From assembly GCA_049599475.1 (NCBI GenBank), contig JBMYOQ010000004.1:64001-128000 (forward strand): a DNA stretch of 64,000 nucleotides, given 5' to 3'. A program made the position numbers and the translations under genes. A model generated the notes under the pieces. The model searched no databases and was not told where the DNA came from. It saw only the letters and a list, made by a program, of their open reading frames with translations. The stretch is from Opitutales bacterium. Its GTDB lineage: Bacteria > Verrucomicrobiota > Verrucomicrobiia > Opitutales > JABSRG01. Below, piece by piece: positions 9,763 through 19,345 of the stretch; the first letter of the stretch is position 1, and each line of letters begins with the position of its first letter.

Positions 9763-10775
9763 TTTCCGCTAAAAAATCCGAATACTTTTTTGAAAAATCC
9801 ACCTTCCTTCTCGGTGGAGCCCGTGGCTTCTTTTGAGGTGGATTTATCATCCGATTCCTCAGAAAGCTCAGATGGCTCTTCGCCGTGTTTCATTCTGACA
9901 ATTTTGAAAAGGATATAGGAAGACGTTGGTTCTTCGATATGGCGTGTTGAGCGTTCGAAGACAGTAAAATCATGGACAGCCGAATACAGGTCGGCATCGC
10001 CTTCAGGAAAATACTTTGCCGCGCGCTCGTAGTATTCGAGCATTTCGTTGATGAATTCCTGCAACACTTTCTGGGATGCCGGTTCGGTATCGCTGGGAAT
10101 TGAGGAATCGAAGCCAAGCCCAAGAGCAATGGACTCAAGTGGGGCGTATGACGGGGCTCTAAACTCGAAAAAGCCACGCATCAGAGTTTGCAAGCTTGTG
10201 CCTTTTCCATTCGGGTTGAGTGGAAGGAATTTCCCGACGCGGCTTGGAGAGGCAGATAGGAACGCACGCTCGATATCTGCGAGCTCTTGGTTCTTCCCAA
10301 GCACCTTCGTGAAACGAGCGGAGACCTCGAAGAAATTTCTTAGATTCGTTACGCCTTCGGCATCTACGAGTGTTTTCAGCGTAGATGAGATCGTCATCAA
10401 GTTCGGAGGGAAATCTTGAGGGATATCCGAGACTTTTAGCTGGTTCAGAATGGTTTGGGCAGCGCTGTCATTACGGCCCACTTTGCTTGAGATCCCTTCC
10501 AAGGACATATCGTATCCCGCGGTTTCGCGGAAAAGTCGGATAAGGCGTTGGACCTTCTCAGGATCATCTTTGAAGTCAGGATGCTCGCAAAGCTCTTCAT
10601 AGCCCATGTAGGCAAAATCCGAGGCCAGATACTCCTTTTTGTCCTTCACGCTGAATATGGGCTTGTAGCCGATGCTCAGTGCGAGGTCTCTGATCGAGAG
10701 GTCGGCACACGGTCCGACGCTGACTGACTTTCGGACTTCTTCCCAGGTCTCATCTAAAGATTGCTTTGTGCTCAT
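9759..10775 (-). CDS. Hypothetical cytoplasmic protein with RNAP alpha-CTD-like segments
   Basis: 338-aa ORF inside the operon; LMTISSTLKTLVDAEGVTNLRNF resembles alpha-CTD; amphipathic C-terminal tail GGFFKKVFGFFSGK. Confidence 0.65.
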   Translation of the reverse strand: MSTKQSLDETWEEVRKSVSVGPCADLSIRDLALSIGYKPIFSVKDKKEYLASDFAYMGYEELCEHPDFKDDPEKVQRLIRLFRETAGYDMSLEGISSKVGRNDSAAQTILNQLKVSDIPQDFPPNLMTISSTLKTLVDAEGVTNLRNFFEVSARFTKVLGKNQELADIERAFLSASPSRVGKFLPLNPNGKGTSLQTLMRGFFEFRAPSYAPLESIALGLGFDSSIPSDTEPASQKVLQEFINEMLEYYERAAKYFPEGDADLYSAVHDFTVFERSTRHIEEPTSSYILFKIVRMKHGEEPSELSEESDDKSTSKEATGSTEKEGGFFKKVFGFFSGK

Positions 10776-10821
10776 TCAGGGTGGGGTGTGTTTGCAGTGT
10801 GAAATATATATCGGTGGAGGC

Positions 10822-11763
10822 TCAGTACTCTGGAACGTTTCCTGGGAGCATTGAATACTCTTTGTCCAGAGGAATAGGGAAACCTGCATTGATCGCGAGT
10901 TCCTTCGCTACGTTTGCGTAATCCTCGACGACATTGCCCGTGAGCTCTTGTTTATCCAGCATCGCGACCGGCAATCCCGCAGTGACCGCCCGTTTTACGA
11001 CGATAGCGTCTCGGATTGTGCACGGTAAAATATTGGCATTTTCGCTCACGCTCTCACTGAAGCGGAGTTGGTTGAGCTGCATCTGCATCCGGATCTTCGG
11101 TAGGGTGTAATCCGATCCCGATTTTATAGAATTGAAAACGAGATCTCTAACCACGGTGGGCTCTGTTTTCGATTCGAAAAGGAAGGGCTCGCTGAGCGCG
11201 CGGAATTCATCCAGCTTTTCGACAAGGAGAATCAAGCCTATCTGGCTCAATGCGTCCGGATTGGAAGGGACGACAATTGAGTCGGAGGAAAAGATCCCAC
11301 AGCGTGAAGCCTCCAATAGATTCGGCGGGCAATCGTAGATTACAAAATCGTAGTCATCGATAAACTCCTGTTGCTCCAGGAAGAAATCGTAGAAAATTGG
11401 ATTGTTTGAACGCTGTCTGAACGAGCGATCTTCGATTTCAATCAGATTGAAATTACAGGGAATGAGATCCAGTGGGATGTCCGCAAATGTATCCTCACGA
11501 GTACGGAATACGTTGGTGAAGAGGGCCTCTTTCAACGGAAAATCTGGTTCCGTGAGATAGGTGCAAATGGATGGGATCTCATCGTTTTGGACTTCTCTCC
11601 ATGTCGCCAGGCCCATCAACCATACGCTTGAGTTGGACTGTGTGTCTAAATCGACGAGGAGTGTGCGTTTTCCAGCAAGAGCCAAATATGCGGCTACGTT
11701 GACAGCCATAGAGGTCTTTCCGACCCCTCCCTTATAGTTTATGAAGGCGAATTTGTGTGGCAT
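10822..11763 (-). CDS. ParA/MinD family ATPase (orphan)
   Basis: Deviant Walker A NYKGGVGKTS, LLVDLDTQSN, YDFVIYDCPP. Confidence 0.92.
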   Translation of the reverse strand: MPHKFAFINYKGGVGKTSMAVNVAAYLALAGKRTLLVDLDTQSNSSVWLMGLATWREVQNDEIPSICTYLTEPDFPLKEALFTNVFRTREDTFADIPLDLIPCNFNLIEIEDRSFRQRSNNPIFYDFFLEQQEFIDDYDFVIYDCPPNLLEASRCGIFSSDSIVVPSNPDALSQIGLILLVEKLDEFRALSEPFLFESKTEPTVVRDLVFNSIKSGSDYTLPKIRMQMQLNQLRFSESVSENANILPCTIRDAIVVKRAVTAGLPVAMLDKQELTGNVVEDYANVAKELAINAGFPIPLDKEYSMLPGNVPEY

Positions 11764-11785
11764 TAAATTATTAGCGTGCAGGGTG

Positions 11786-12244
11786 TTAGGCGATCTCCTC
11801 GCGAGCTAAGTCTTCCATTTGCTGCTCTGCAATTCGTTTTAATTCTTCCTCGGATTCATTCAGCTGCTTTTCACGCATTTTCAATGTCGCTTCCATGCGC
11901 TGGATACGCTCTTCACGTGCGTCGAGCGCCTTCTCGCGATCAGGGTCGGACGGAATGGATGATTGAACACTCGGCGCTGGATCTGCATTGGAATCTGTCA
12001 CCTCTCGATCCAAGAGTGTGACTGCGAGGATGTCTTGGCCTTCTATTTGAGATTCGTTTATCAAAGTATAGATGTTGGGGCAGGGATAATCCTTACCGAC
12101 GGCTACCATAAAAAATTCCTTTTGTTGTGGCGAATGCGTCACAAAAAAGCCCTGTGCGTCCGGATCTTCTGAAATTTCATCAATGCGATCATCGAGTCTG
12201 TTCTTAAAGAACGACTTTAGCTCACTGATGTTAAAGTACTTCAT
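11786..12244 (-). CDS. Hypothetical protein with C-terminal coiled coil
   Basis: REKALDAREERIQRMEATLKMREKQLNESEEELKRIAEQQ heptad-like charged helix; first gene of the operon. Confidence 0.75.
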   Translation of the reverse strand: MKYFNISELKSFFKNRLDDRIDEISEDPDAQGFFVTHSPQQKEFFMVAVGKDYPCPNIYTLINESQIEGQDILAVTLLDREVTDSNADPAPSVQSSIPSDPDREKALDAREERIQRMEATLKMREKQLNESEEELKRIAEQQMEDLAREEIA

Positions 12245-12257
12245 TTGGGATCAAAAA

Positions 12258-12272
12258 GTATAATGATTATAC
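12258..12272. promoter_or_regulatory. 7-1-7 palindrome, candidate repressor operator
   Basis: GTATAAT-G-ATTATAC perfect inverted repeat overlapping the -10; geometry like Fur/PerR boxes. Confidence 0.5.
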
Positions 12273-12294
12273 AAGTGTGGGTCTATACTGTCTA
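12266..12294 (-). promoter_or_regulatory. Sigma70-type promoter of the ParA operon
   Basis: Minus strand TAGACA-17 nt-TATAAT; -10 lies about 22 nt above the ATG at 12244. Confidence 0.75.
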
Positions 12295-12368
12295 TCACGT
12301 AGCCACTTGGACGCGAGGGGGGTTGGGTTTGGATGGATTATGATAGACAGGTCGTCAAGCAAAGGTCC

Positions 12369-12384
12369 TGCAAAACACATGCCA
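12369..12384 (-). promoter_or_regulatory. Sigma54 (-24/-12) promoter of the ParA operon
   Basis: Minus strand TGGCATGTGTTTTGCA: GG-N10-GC, close to consensus TGGCACG-N4-TTGCW. Confidence 0.75.
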
Positions 12385-12403
12385 TTGAAAATTATTCTAT
12401 AAA

Positions 12404-13330
12404 TTAATTTTTGATACTTTCTTCACTATTTTCACCCTCAACTTTGGCGTTATTGTGCTCCTCAGTTGCTGGTTCGGCTTTCTCTGCTTCATCGAAGGCC
12501 TTTTTGATTTCCTCGAGAATTTTGGCTGACTCCTCTTCTCCGTAGGGGGTGGGGGTGAATTTCTCGATCTTCTTAAGATCGGCTTTAAAACTCCCCACGC
12601 GTACCTTGCTTTTAAGCCTTACTGGGATGCGTCGTTCGTCGTCGGAGAACCAGATGTCGAGGGCAGCATTCTTACTTTTTCGGAATACGCCGCCTAGATC
12701 TTTCATATTGGGTTGGACCTTGTAAGCCTTAAACCTCCCCGCTGGGACCTTGATTGACTCTTTATCTGAGACGCTCGCGTCCACATTGATTAGCTTTTTA
12801 CCGTCGGTAGCGGGGAGCGGTAAGAACGCCCCCTCAGCGAGCTCGATGGTTCTGAAGTAGAATAGGATCGATAACGGATCATGCATGGGGCCTTCTGGGA
12901 TGAGCGGCTCACGCAGGATACCGTTCTCTACCCGCGTGATTTCGTTCGCCTCCCAATCCATCATCACGATAAAGGATTTTTCGCGTTTGCCCTCCTGTTG
13001 ATCCGAACGGTAGTGGAGACTGCGCTCCAAATTGGTAGCGGGAAACGACTCGATCGAGGTGCGCACTTTGTAGAAATTGTCCGCGAACTCGTTGGTTCTC
13101 ACCTTGAATCGGATGTGATAACCGTCTTCGCCGAAAAGTGTGTTTTCATTCAAAATCTCGAGTATAGCCTCGCCCACTGAAAAAGGCCCCCACTTGAGGG
13201 TGTATATGAGCCTTTCACCAGCTGCAAAAGGAGCCGACGCGTCTTCCGAGGAGACGGCTTGCTCTTCTGCTGAAATTGGCAGGTTAAAAAGTGCAAATGA
13301 GGCTAGGATGGCGAGGAACCTGAAAGGCAT
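12404..13330 (-). CDS. DUF3108-like secreted protein
   Basis: Signal peptide; PFAAGERLIYTLKWG, DPLSILFYFR, IKVPAGRFKA, IWFSDDERRIPVRL. Confidence 0.8.
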   Translation of the reverse strand: MPFRFLAILASFALFNLPISAEEQAVSSEDASAPFAAGERLIYTLKWGPFSVGEAILEILNENTLFGEDGYHIRFKVRTNEFADNFYKVRTSIESFPATNLERSLHYRSDQQEGKREKSFIVMMDWEANEITRVENGILREPLIPEGPMHDPLSILFYFRTIELAEGAFLPLPATDGKKLINVDASVSDKESIKVPAGRFKAYKVQPNMKDLGGVFRKSKNAALDIWFSDDERRIPVRLKSKVRVGSFKADLKKIEKFTPTPYGEEESAKILEEIKKAFDEAEKAEPATEEHNNAKVEGENSEESIKN

Positions 13331-13455
13331 CGTATCGTGGAGGAGAGAGGAGTGTGTGAGTGAAAGGAAAAATCAAGTTCCCGCCTTAAGAGACATGCGA
13401 AGCTTAAAATCGTTCATTAACTCTATAAGCTAATAGTTATTATTTAGTTAAGCGT

Positions 13456-13767
13456 TCAGGATGCTCCCTGATTTGCGCGGGCAATTTCGTGTAAAAATCC
13501 AAAACTATAGATTCCGGTGGAATGACCGTCACTGAAATAGAGGCGGATGGCATAGCCGCCAACCCATTGCCAATTGATGATTTTTACTTTTGAATAATCT
13601 TTCCCGTGTTCTCCTCCAGCGACATTCCCAAACAGGTCCGCTTCTCCCCGTCGTTCCGCGCTCGGTGAAGCGTTTCTCAAGGTGGGGCCATCCAGGAAGG
13701 CTTCGACTTGATCTTCGAAACGAATCGCCAATGTATTGCCTATGAGCTCTATGAAAGGACGCTGCAT
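13456..13767 (-). CDS. DUF971 / gamma-butyrobetaine hydroxylase N-terminal-like protein
   Basis: LRNASPSAE, VGGYAIRLYFSDGHSTGIYSF. Confidence 0.85.
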   Translation of the reverse strand: MQRPFIELIGNTLAIRFEDQVEAFLDGPTLRNASPSAERRGEADLFGNVAGGEHGKDYSKVKIINWQWVGGYAIRLYFSDGHSTGIYSFGFLHEIARANQGAS

Positions 13768-13873
13768 CCCTCGAAAGAAATCGGGTGGTCGCCATTAGCA
13801 AGATACAATGCGATTAGAAATGGTATGTTTTTCCGCTTTGACCTTTAAATGGCGGCAGGTCATCTCAGTATTT

Positions 13874-16800
13874 ATGATCCTAGCACGGATTACTCGCATA
13901 GTTCTCTTTCCCCTCAGCGCGGTCTTGCTCTCGCTGTGCCTCCTTTCTGCTCAAGAGGCGAGCCTGTTGCGAGTTGGGGATTTAATTGAAGAGCCGCTTG
14001 TTCCAGAGTCTACGGAACTGTCTTCGATTGAGAATTTTGGAAGCCAAAATGTTCTCGAGTTTGAGGTGAAAGCAGCCATTGAGCGCTTGGCTGTGCTCAA
14101 GAATAGTTCGCCTGCTTTGGGCGGAGAGCTCGTTGTCGCGCGGACTGATCTCCAGGCGCTTATCGAAGAATACCTCGGATCCGGCTTTGCTCAAATAGAC
14201 GGTGAAATGTTGATCAGTGCGTATCAGGCACTCGGAGACTCCTGGGTGCTCGTTGAGGGAATGGGTGATTTTCCATCGGCTTGGAGCTACTATGTGAACG
14301 GGCTTAATTGGTTAGCAGGTCAACCGCGCAGTGCCTGGGCGGCCAATGCTTACGTAGAGATGTTCACACGTACCTTCGAGGATCCGTTTTACCTTCAGCG
14401 TGTGAGCGATCGCGACCAAGTAACAGTCATGTCTCAACCGTGGATTGGGCATCTTCGTGATCTTCTGCAGTTGACCGATGAAAGCCAAACCGGGCTCTAT
14501 TTGTTGGCTTTGTTTGATCAGTATAATCCGGAGACTACGCTTACCGAACGTTTGCGGATTCGTGAGACCTACGAGCGTGCTTTGGAGGGTGCTGAGGAGC
14601 AGGCCTGGTATCACTCGGCTAGATTTCACTATGCACTTTGGCTTCAGGAGATCGGTAATGCTTCCCTGGATGAGAGTGGGGCGTTCATTGCGAACCCAGA
14701 TCTACCGACGGCAGTATCCGTCTTTCGAGACTTAATCGATTCAGGCCAGGTTTCAGACACGCGACGTGATGAGATATTGAATCGTTTGCAGGATCTAGAA
14801 TCGCCAGATGTCACCCTTGAGATCGGGCAAGCCTATCTGCCAGGAGCGGATGTCGACGTAGACCTAATTTGGAAGAATGCCACGGGCGGCTCAGTCCGGA
14901 TCTTTGAAATAAGTCCAGCGACCGGTTTCAACTTTGCAGGTCTGGGAGTCGACGCCTCAATTGCGGAGGCAGCCTCCGTAGATCCGACTTTAGAGATTCT
15001 GGAAATTCCGGTGAGCCGGGATAATTTAGATAATCCCTATGTTTATGAGACTAAGACGATCCAGCTTCCCTTGGCGCTCGATCTTGGGGCCTATCTCGTC
15101 GAACTAGAAATCGAAGATGGTGAGACCGCGCGAGAAATCCTTTGGGTAACAGATATTGCTCAGATTAATTCGATTTCTGAGACCCACCAGACACTTACTA
15201 TCGTGAATACAGAGGAGGCACGTCTCTTCGAAGATAGTCTGGACGTAGTCCGCTGGGTTTGGGATGAATCCACACTCAGTTGGAGAGAGGAAACAACTGT
15301 CTTTCCTGTGAATGAATCACGCTTGCGCCTGGAGCATGAACCCACCGATTCTGTGTTTTGGGTGTTGGCTTACAGGGATCGCCGGATCTCGTTTTCCAAG
15401 GCGACATTGGGAGCTGTTGAGAGTATGCCAGAGGATTCCCTTTACTGGGCGATTTCTGATAAGACGTTTCTGGATCTAGGTGAAACCGCTCGGATCGCTT
15501 ATCATATTCAAGTCAGCGACGAGCGCGTCGAGAACTTGTCGCTCGGCTACCGTCTCCTCGATAGTGACGGTAAGCTGCTGACTATAGGGCAAATTGAGCA
15601 GGAGTTTCCGGCCTCGGGCTTCGTAGATTATACAGTCGGCGAAAATACCTCACACGGGGCCTTGAATTGGGAGGTTTTCGAAATCGATTCTGATAAATCA
15701 GTGTTTTCGATGCCGATTGCTCAAGTAGCTCCTCAAGCTCTCGAAACCTTATCTCTCGAGCTTCAGGTCAACAATCAGAATATTCGCGAGAACAATCAGT
15801 GGAGTTTTCCGAAGGGGGGAACCGTAGACATTTCAGGGGAGTTTTCCGATCTATTTACAGACTCGGCGAAGCAGGTGCTTTACCGATTGAACGCTTACAG
15901 GAGTCCATTAGACGATGCGCAAAGCGGAAACTCCGGTATGCATTCGACTGCGCCTTCGACTCTGATGCGTGGCCTGCACACGCAGTCATCTCGTTGGGAG
16001 AGTGCTTATAATCAAGAGAATACGACCGATGAATTTGGGCGATTTCGGGACTTGATCCCCGTGGTTGAAGCCTTCGATTCCGAACATAAACGTTACCAAT
16101 ATTGGGTTGATTTTTTATACTACGAAGAGGGGTCCGGCGCTTGGGTTTCAGCAGGATGGATGGCCTTTGTGGTATCCGAACATGCTTACATCGGCCGTTT
16201 AGGGGTAAGCTCCACTATTGTAGAACCGGGTGGTAGCGTATTGATGCGTTTCAGTGCGGAGTCTCCCTTTCGGTCTCCGGTTGCGGTCGATGGGCAAATT
16301 CGGGTTGAGCGCAAGGAATGGGAGGAGACTTGGATCGATTCCAGAGGGCGCCAGTTGAGTGGCACGGAGTATCGCGAGACGCGTTCAAGGCGGGGTTTTT
16401 TTAGATCTTGGGCTGAAGGGGATCGAGCTTACCGCCTTTTGGATTCGGGCTTTCGCCAGGAACCCATTTTTGCGCGCCGCCTAAACCTGAGGGCAGGTAA
16501 TTCTTTTCAACGACAATTCCGCCTGGATGAGCCAGGCATATACGAATTCTCCTGGATGGATATTGATGCGGCAGGACGCCCTATTGTTGAGACGCAGACG
16601 GTCTACTGCATCGACCTAGATTCAGGATCCACGGCAACTTGGAATTTACAGGATATTATTTGGGTGTCACCGGACGCCTTTCGCCCGAATGGGAGCGGGG
16701 ACAGCGGTGTCATATTATTTCCCGACGAAGTTAAGCGAGCCTGGGTAGAGATACAGAGCCGGAATGGTCGAGAAATGAAAGTGTATGAAGTCGGGCGCGG

Positions 16801-19315
16801 TCTCATACAAATCGCAGAAGCTGATTTTTCGAATCTATGGGCGGAAGCCACGGAGATTAAAATAGGTTTTTTAGAGGGGACTGAATTTCAAACTATGGCG
16901 ATGCCGTTTGGCTCGATGAGCGCTGGGCAAGGCCTTGAAATAAATCTCTCACGAAGCCAGTTGGGCCCTCTGGATTCATTTGAGATATCCGCCTTCAATC
17001 TAAAAGAAAAGGAATCTCACAACCTTTGGTATATACTATCGCCAGAGTTGGATACTTCTCTTCAAGATAATCTGAGTTGGACACAAAATGCTCAAGGAAG
17101 GGAGCAGCAAGCTTCGTCTTGGACTACCTCATTTGATGCGATTCCCTATTATTTTCCGAAAAGCCCTCTTTCAGGCCAGGAACAAGAGGCCCGAGAAAGT
17201 AGTTCGTTGTTGGCTGCAGATCTCGAAGAGCATGCTCTATATCCTCTCGCAATAGGAGAGTGGCTCCATCAAATCGAATTACTGAATGACCGTGACGGCG
17301 TTGTTTCAATGACCGCGCGAGCCCCCGATCAATCTGCTGAGTATCGGGTGCAGTTCTTGGAATTTGATCCGGGAGGAGATGCAGATGTCGGTGTAAGTAA
17401 TATTTCCGTACGAGCTCCTGTGGATGTAGACATCCGGGCACCAGAATGGGCGAGGAAAGGAGACCGCATTATTGCGGTAACGAAGATCTCGAACAACGAC
17501 GAGAGTCCACAAACTGAAGTCTTTGAAACACGCTTATCCTTCGGGTCAGAATCGGAATTTAGCAGCTTAAACAGAATGGATCTTGAGCCTGAAATCGATT
17601 ATTCTCTTCGATCCTATTTTGATATCCCGAATATCTCTGACTCTGACGATAATTTAGCTTCAATCAGTTTTAGGAGGGAGGGTAAACCTTGGAAGGTGGC
17701 CGTGGACCTAGAGCTGCATCCGAATGAATCGCTGGCAAAATACTTCTCCTCTGTAGATCAACTCCAGGCGGGTCTATGGAAAAACGAATCTGTTGATTTC
17801 GCTCGTTTGGACGCCGTTTATTTCGCATTCGGGTATGAACATTTGATTGAAATGTTAGGAGAAGTTTCGGAGCAAAGTGCCCCGGAATTCGTATTAGCGC
17901 ATCTACGCAATTTGCTCTTTGAGCTGCTCTCTGGAGATGCAGACCTCGCGAAGATACGCCAAGAAATCGATCATTTGGAGAGATTTCTTACGTCTGACGG
18001 AGGTATTTCGTTCTACGAGAACTCTCAGAAGGATATCTTTTGGTCTGCCTTTATTTATTTATTATTGAGCGAAGTGCGGACCGAATTCGGAGTCGATTCG
18101 CCTCTGGATGATGCGGTGAGTGGCTATCTGTCGAGTATCATTTCGGACGGCACTCAGAAGGCTTCGGCGCGCATATGGTCTCTCTATGCGCTATCGACTC
18201 GCTTCGTGGGGACAGACGCCACCGCAAGTAAGTCTGAACTATCGGCTTATCAACGCATGTGGAGGATTCGAGCCACATTGCCTCCGTATAGTTTACGGAT
18301 GCTGAGTGTCGTGGCGGATCGCTTTGGTCTCGTCGAAGATCGCAAGCTATGGGAGGATTTGGCGACGAGGCGTGAGGAGACTCCGACGGAAATTAAAGTA
18401 AATGATCGCCTACGCATCGGCTTGGCTAGTGCAACGACGCCTTTCTTCTCCAACTCGGAACAGACTATGATTAATGAGCTATTCAAGTCAGGCTCTGAGA
18501 CTGCCGGGGGTGCGTTTCAATTTTCGATCTCTGGTGATGCGTTAGATCGGACGTTTCTTTTGAAAATGCTTTTGGCTTTAAACTCTGTGCAGGGTGTGAG
18601 CTCGAAGGAGACCGTTGGTTTTCCCGATTTGGATGCATTTAGAAATGCACTACAAGTGAGAGTGTCGGATCGTATCTTGAGTCCGGAAGAGTTCGAATTG
18701 GCGCGATCGGAGTCGGGTTATTTTATGCTGATACTGGATCCTTCAGTAGGCTTAGCAAATCCACAAGGCTCACTCACGTTGTCGATCCAGGGATCTGTGC
18801 AGCCGTTGTGGGTGCTCAAAGGAATAGATGATCTTCGGAAAGCAGGAGATGGTGTTTTCCTGAGCCGAGACCTGAAGCGTATTAGCCGCGTGCAGACCCT
18901 ATTGCGCGGAGTTGTCGAAAAGTCCGAATCGGTTAAATCTGAGCAGGTTGTGCTCAATCCAGAGGATCGATTGCTCGTTGGTGTGAAAATCAACACAGAC
19001 CGTGCTCTGAGATCGCTTGTATTAAGAGAGCCCTTACCTGCAGGGATGCGCTTGGTTTCATCGGATCTTAAGCTAGTAGGCCGCTCGGGCCGTGAGCTGC
19101 CAGTGGAAGATGTAGAATGGTATGTCGATCCTTATGGAATCGAAGCCCGTATACGTAACTTGCCGGAAGGGGAATGGTCGATGGCTTATCGGCTCGGCCC
19201 TGATTTTGAGGGGGAATACCACTCCGGAAATTTTTCACTCTTTGGCAATGAACCAGAATTTCAGAAAGCGTACCTTCCGAAATACTCAGTCAAAATTTCT
19301 GAGGAACTGGAGTAG
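13874..19315 (+). CDS. Alpha-2-macroglobulin-like large exported protein (no thioester Cys)
   Basis: Signal peptide from ATG 13874; MG-like motifs (GAYLVE, SDKTFLDLGE, APEWARKGD), TED-like SDGGISFY, C-terminal REPLPAGM; ORF-track start 13808. Confidence 0.72.
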   Translation: MILARITRIVLFPLSAVLLSLCLLSAQEASLLRVGDLIEEPLVPESTELSSIENFGSQNVLEFEVKAAIERLAVLKNSSPALGGELVVARTDLQALIEEYLGSGFAQIDGEMLISAYQALGDSWVLVEGMGDFPSAWSYYVNGLNWLAGQPRSAWAANAYVEMFTRTFEDPFYLQRVSDRDQVTVMSQPWIGHLRDLLQLTDESQTGLYLLALFDQYNPETTLTERLRIRETYERALEGAEEQAWYHSARFHYALWLQEIGNASLDESGAFIANPDLPTAVSVFRDLIDSGQVSDTRRDEILNRLQDLESPDVTLEIGQAYLPGADVDVDLIWKNATGGSVRIFEISPATGFNFAGLGVDASIAEAASVDPTLEILEIPVSRDNLDNPYVYETKTIQLPLALDLGAYLVELEIEDGETAREILWVTDIAQINSISETHQTLTIVNTEEARLFEDSLDVVRWVWDESTLSWREETTVFPVNESRLRLEHEPTDSVFWVLAYRDRRISFSKATLGAVESMPEDSLYWAISDKTFLDLGETARIAYHIQVSDERVENLSLGYRLLDSDGKLLTIGQIEQEFPASGFVDYTVGENTSHGALNWEVFEIDSDKSVFSMPIAQVAPQALETLSLELQVNNQNIRENNQWSFPKGGTVDISGEFSDLFTDSAKQVLYRLNAYRSPLDDAQSGNSGMHSTAPSTLMRGLHTQSSRWESAYNQENTTDEFGRFRDLIPVVEAFDSEHKRYQYWVDFLYYEEGSGAWVSAGWMAFVVSEHAYIGRLGVSSTIVEPGGSVLMRFSAESPFRSPVAVDGQIRVERKEWEETWIDSRGRQLSGTEYRETRSRRGFFRSWAEGDRAYRLLDSGFRQEPIFARRLNLRAGNSFQRQFRLDEPGIYEFSWMDIDAAGRPIVETQTVYCIDLDSGSTATWNLQDIIWVSPDAFRPNGSGDSGVILFPDEVKRAWVEIQSRNGREMKVYEVGRGLIQIAEADFSNLWAEATEIKIGFLEGTEFQTMAMPFGSMSAGQGLEINLSRSQLGPLDSFEISAFNLKEKESHNLWYILSPELDTSLQDNLSWTQNAQGREQQASSWTTSFDAIPYYFPKSPLSGQEQEARESSSLLAADLEEHALYPLAIGEWLHQIELLNDRDGVVSMTARAPDQSAEYRVQFLEFDPGGDADVGVSNISVRAPVDVDIRAPEWARKGDRIIAVTKISNNDESPQTEVFETRLSFGSESEFSSLNRMDLEPEIDYSLRSYFDIPNISDSDDNLASISFRREGKPWKVAVDLELHPNESLAKYFSSVDQLQAGLWKNESVDFARLDAVYFAFGYEHLIEMLGEVSEQSAPEFVLAHLRNLLFELLSGDADLAKIRQEIDHLERFLTSDGGISFYENSQKDIFWSAFIYLLLSEVRTEFGVDSPLDDAVSGYLSSIISDGTQKASARIWSLYALSTRFVGTDATASKSELSAYQRMWRIRATLPPYSLRMLSVVADRFGLVEDRKLWEDLATRREETPTEIKVNDRLRIGLASATTPFFSNSEQTMINELFKSGSETAGGAFQFSISGDALDRTFLLKMLLALNSVQGVSSKETVGFPDLDAFRNALQVRVSDRILSPEEFELARSESGYFMLILDPSVGLANPQGSLTLSIQGSVQPLWVLKGIDDLRKAGDGVFLSRDLKRISRVQTLLRGVVEKSESVKSEQVVLNPEDRLLVGVKINTDRALRSLVLREPLPAGMRLVSSDLKLVGRSGRELPVEDVEWYVDPYGIEARIRNLPEGEWSMAYRLGPDFEGEYHSGNFSLFGNEPEFQKAYLPKYSVKISEELE

Positions 19316-19345
19316 GCGAGGTCTTAGCTCGTATCAGCTTCACTA

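Noticed and set aside
13456..13767. Cys-less SPSAE motif in the DUF971 protein as a novelty
   Set aside because: SPSAE is a common variant of this family
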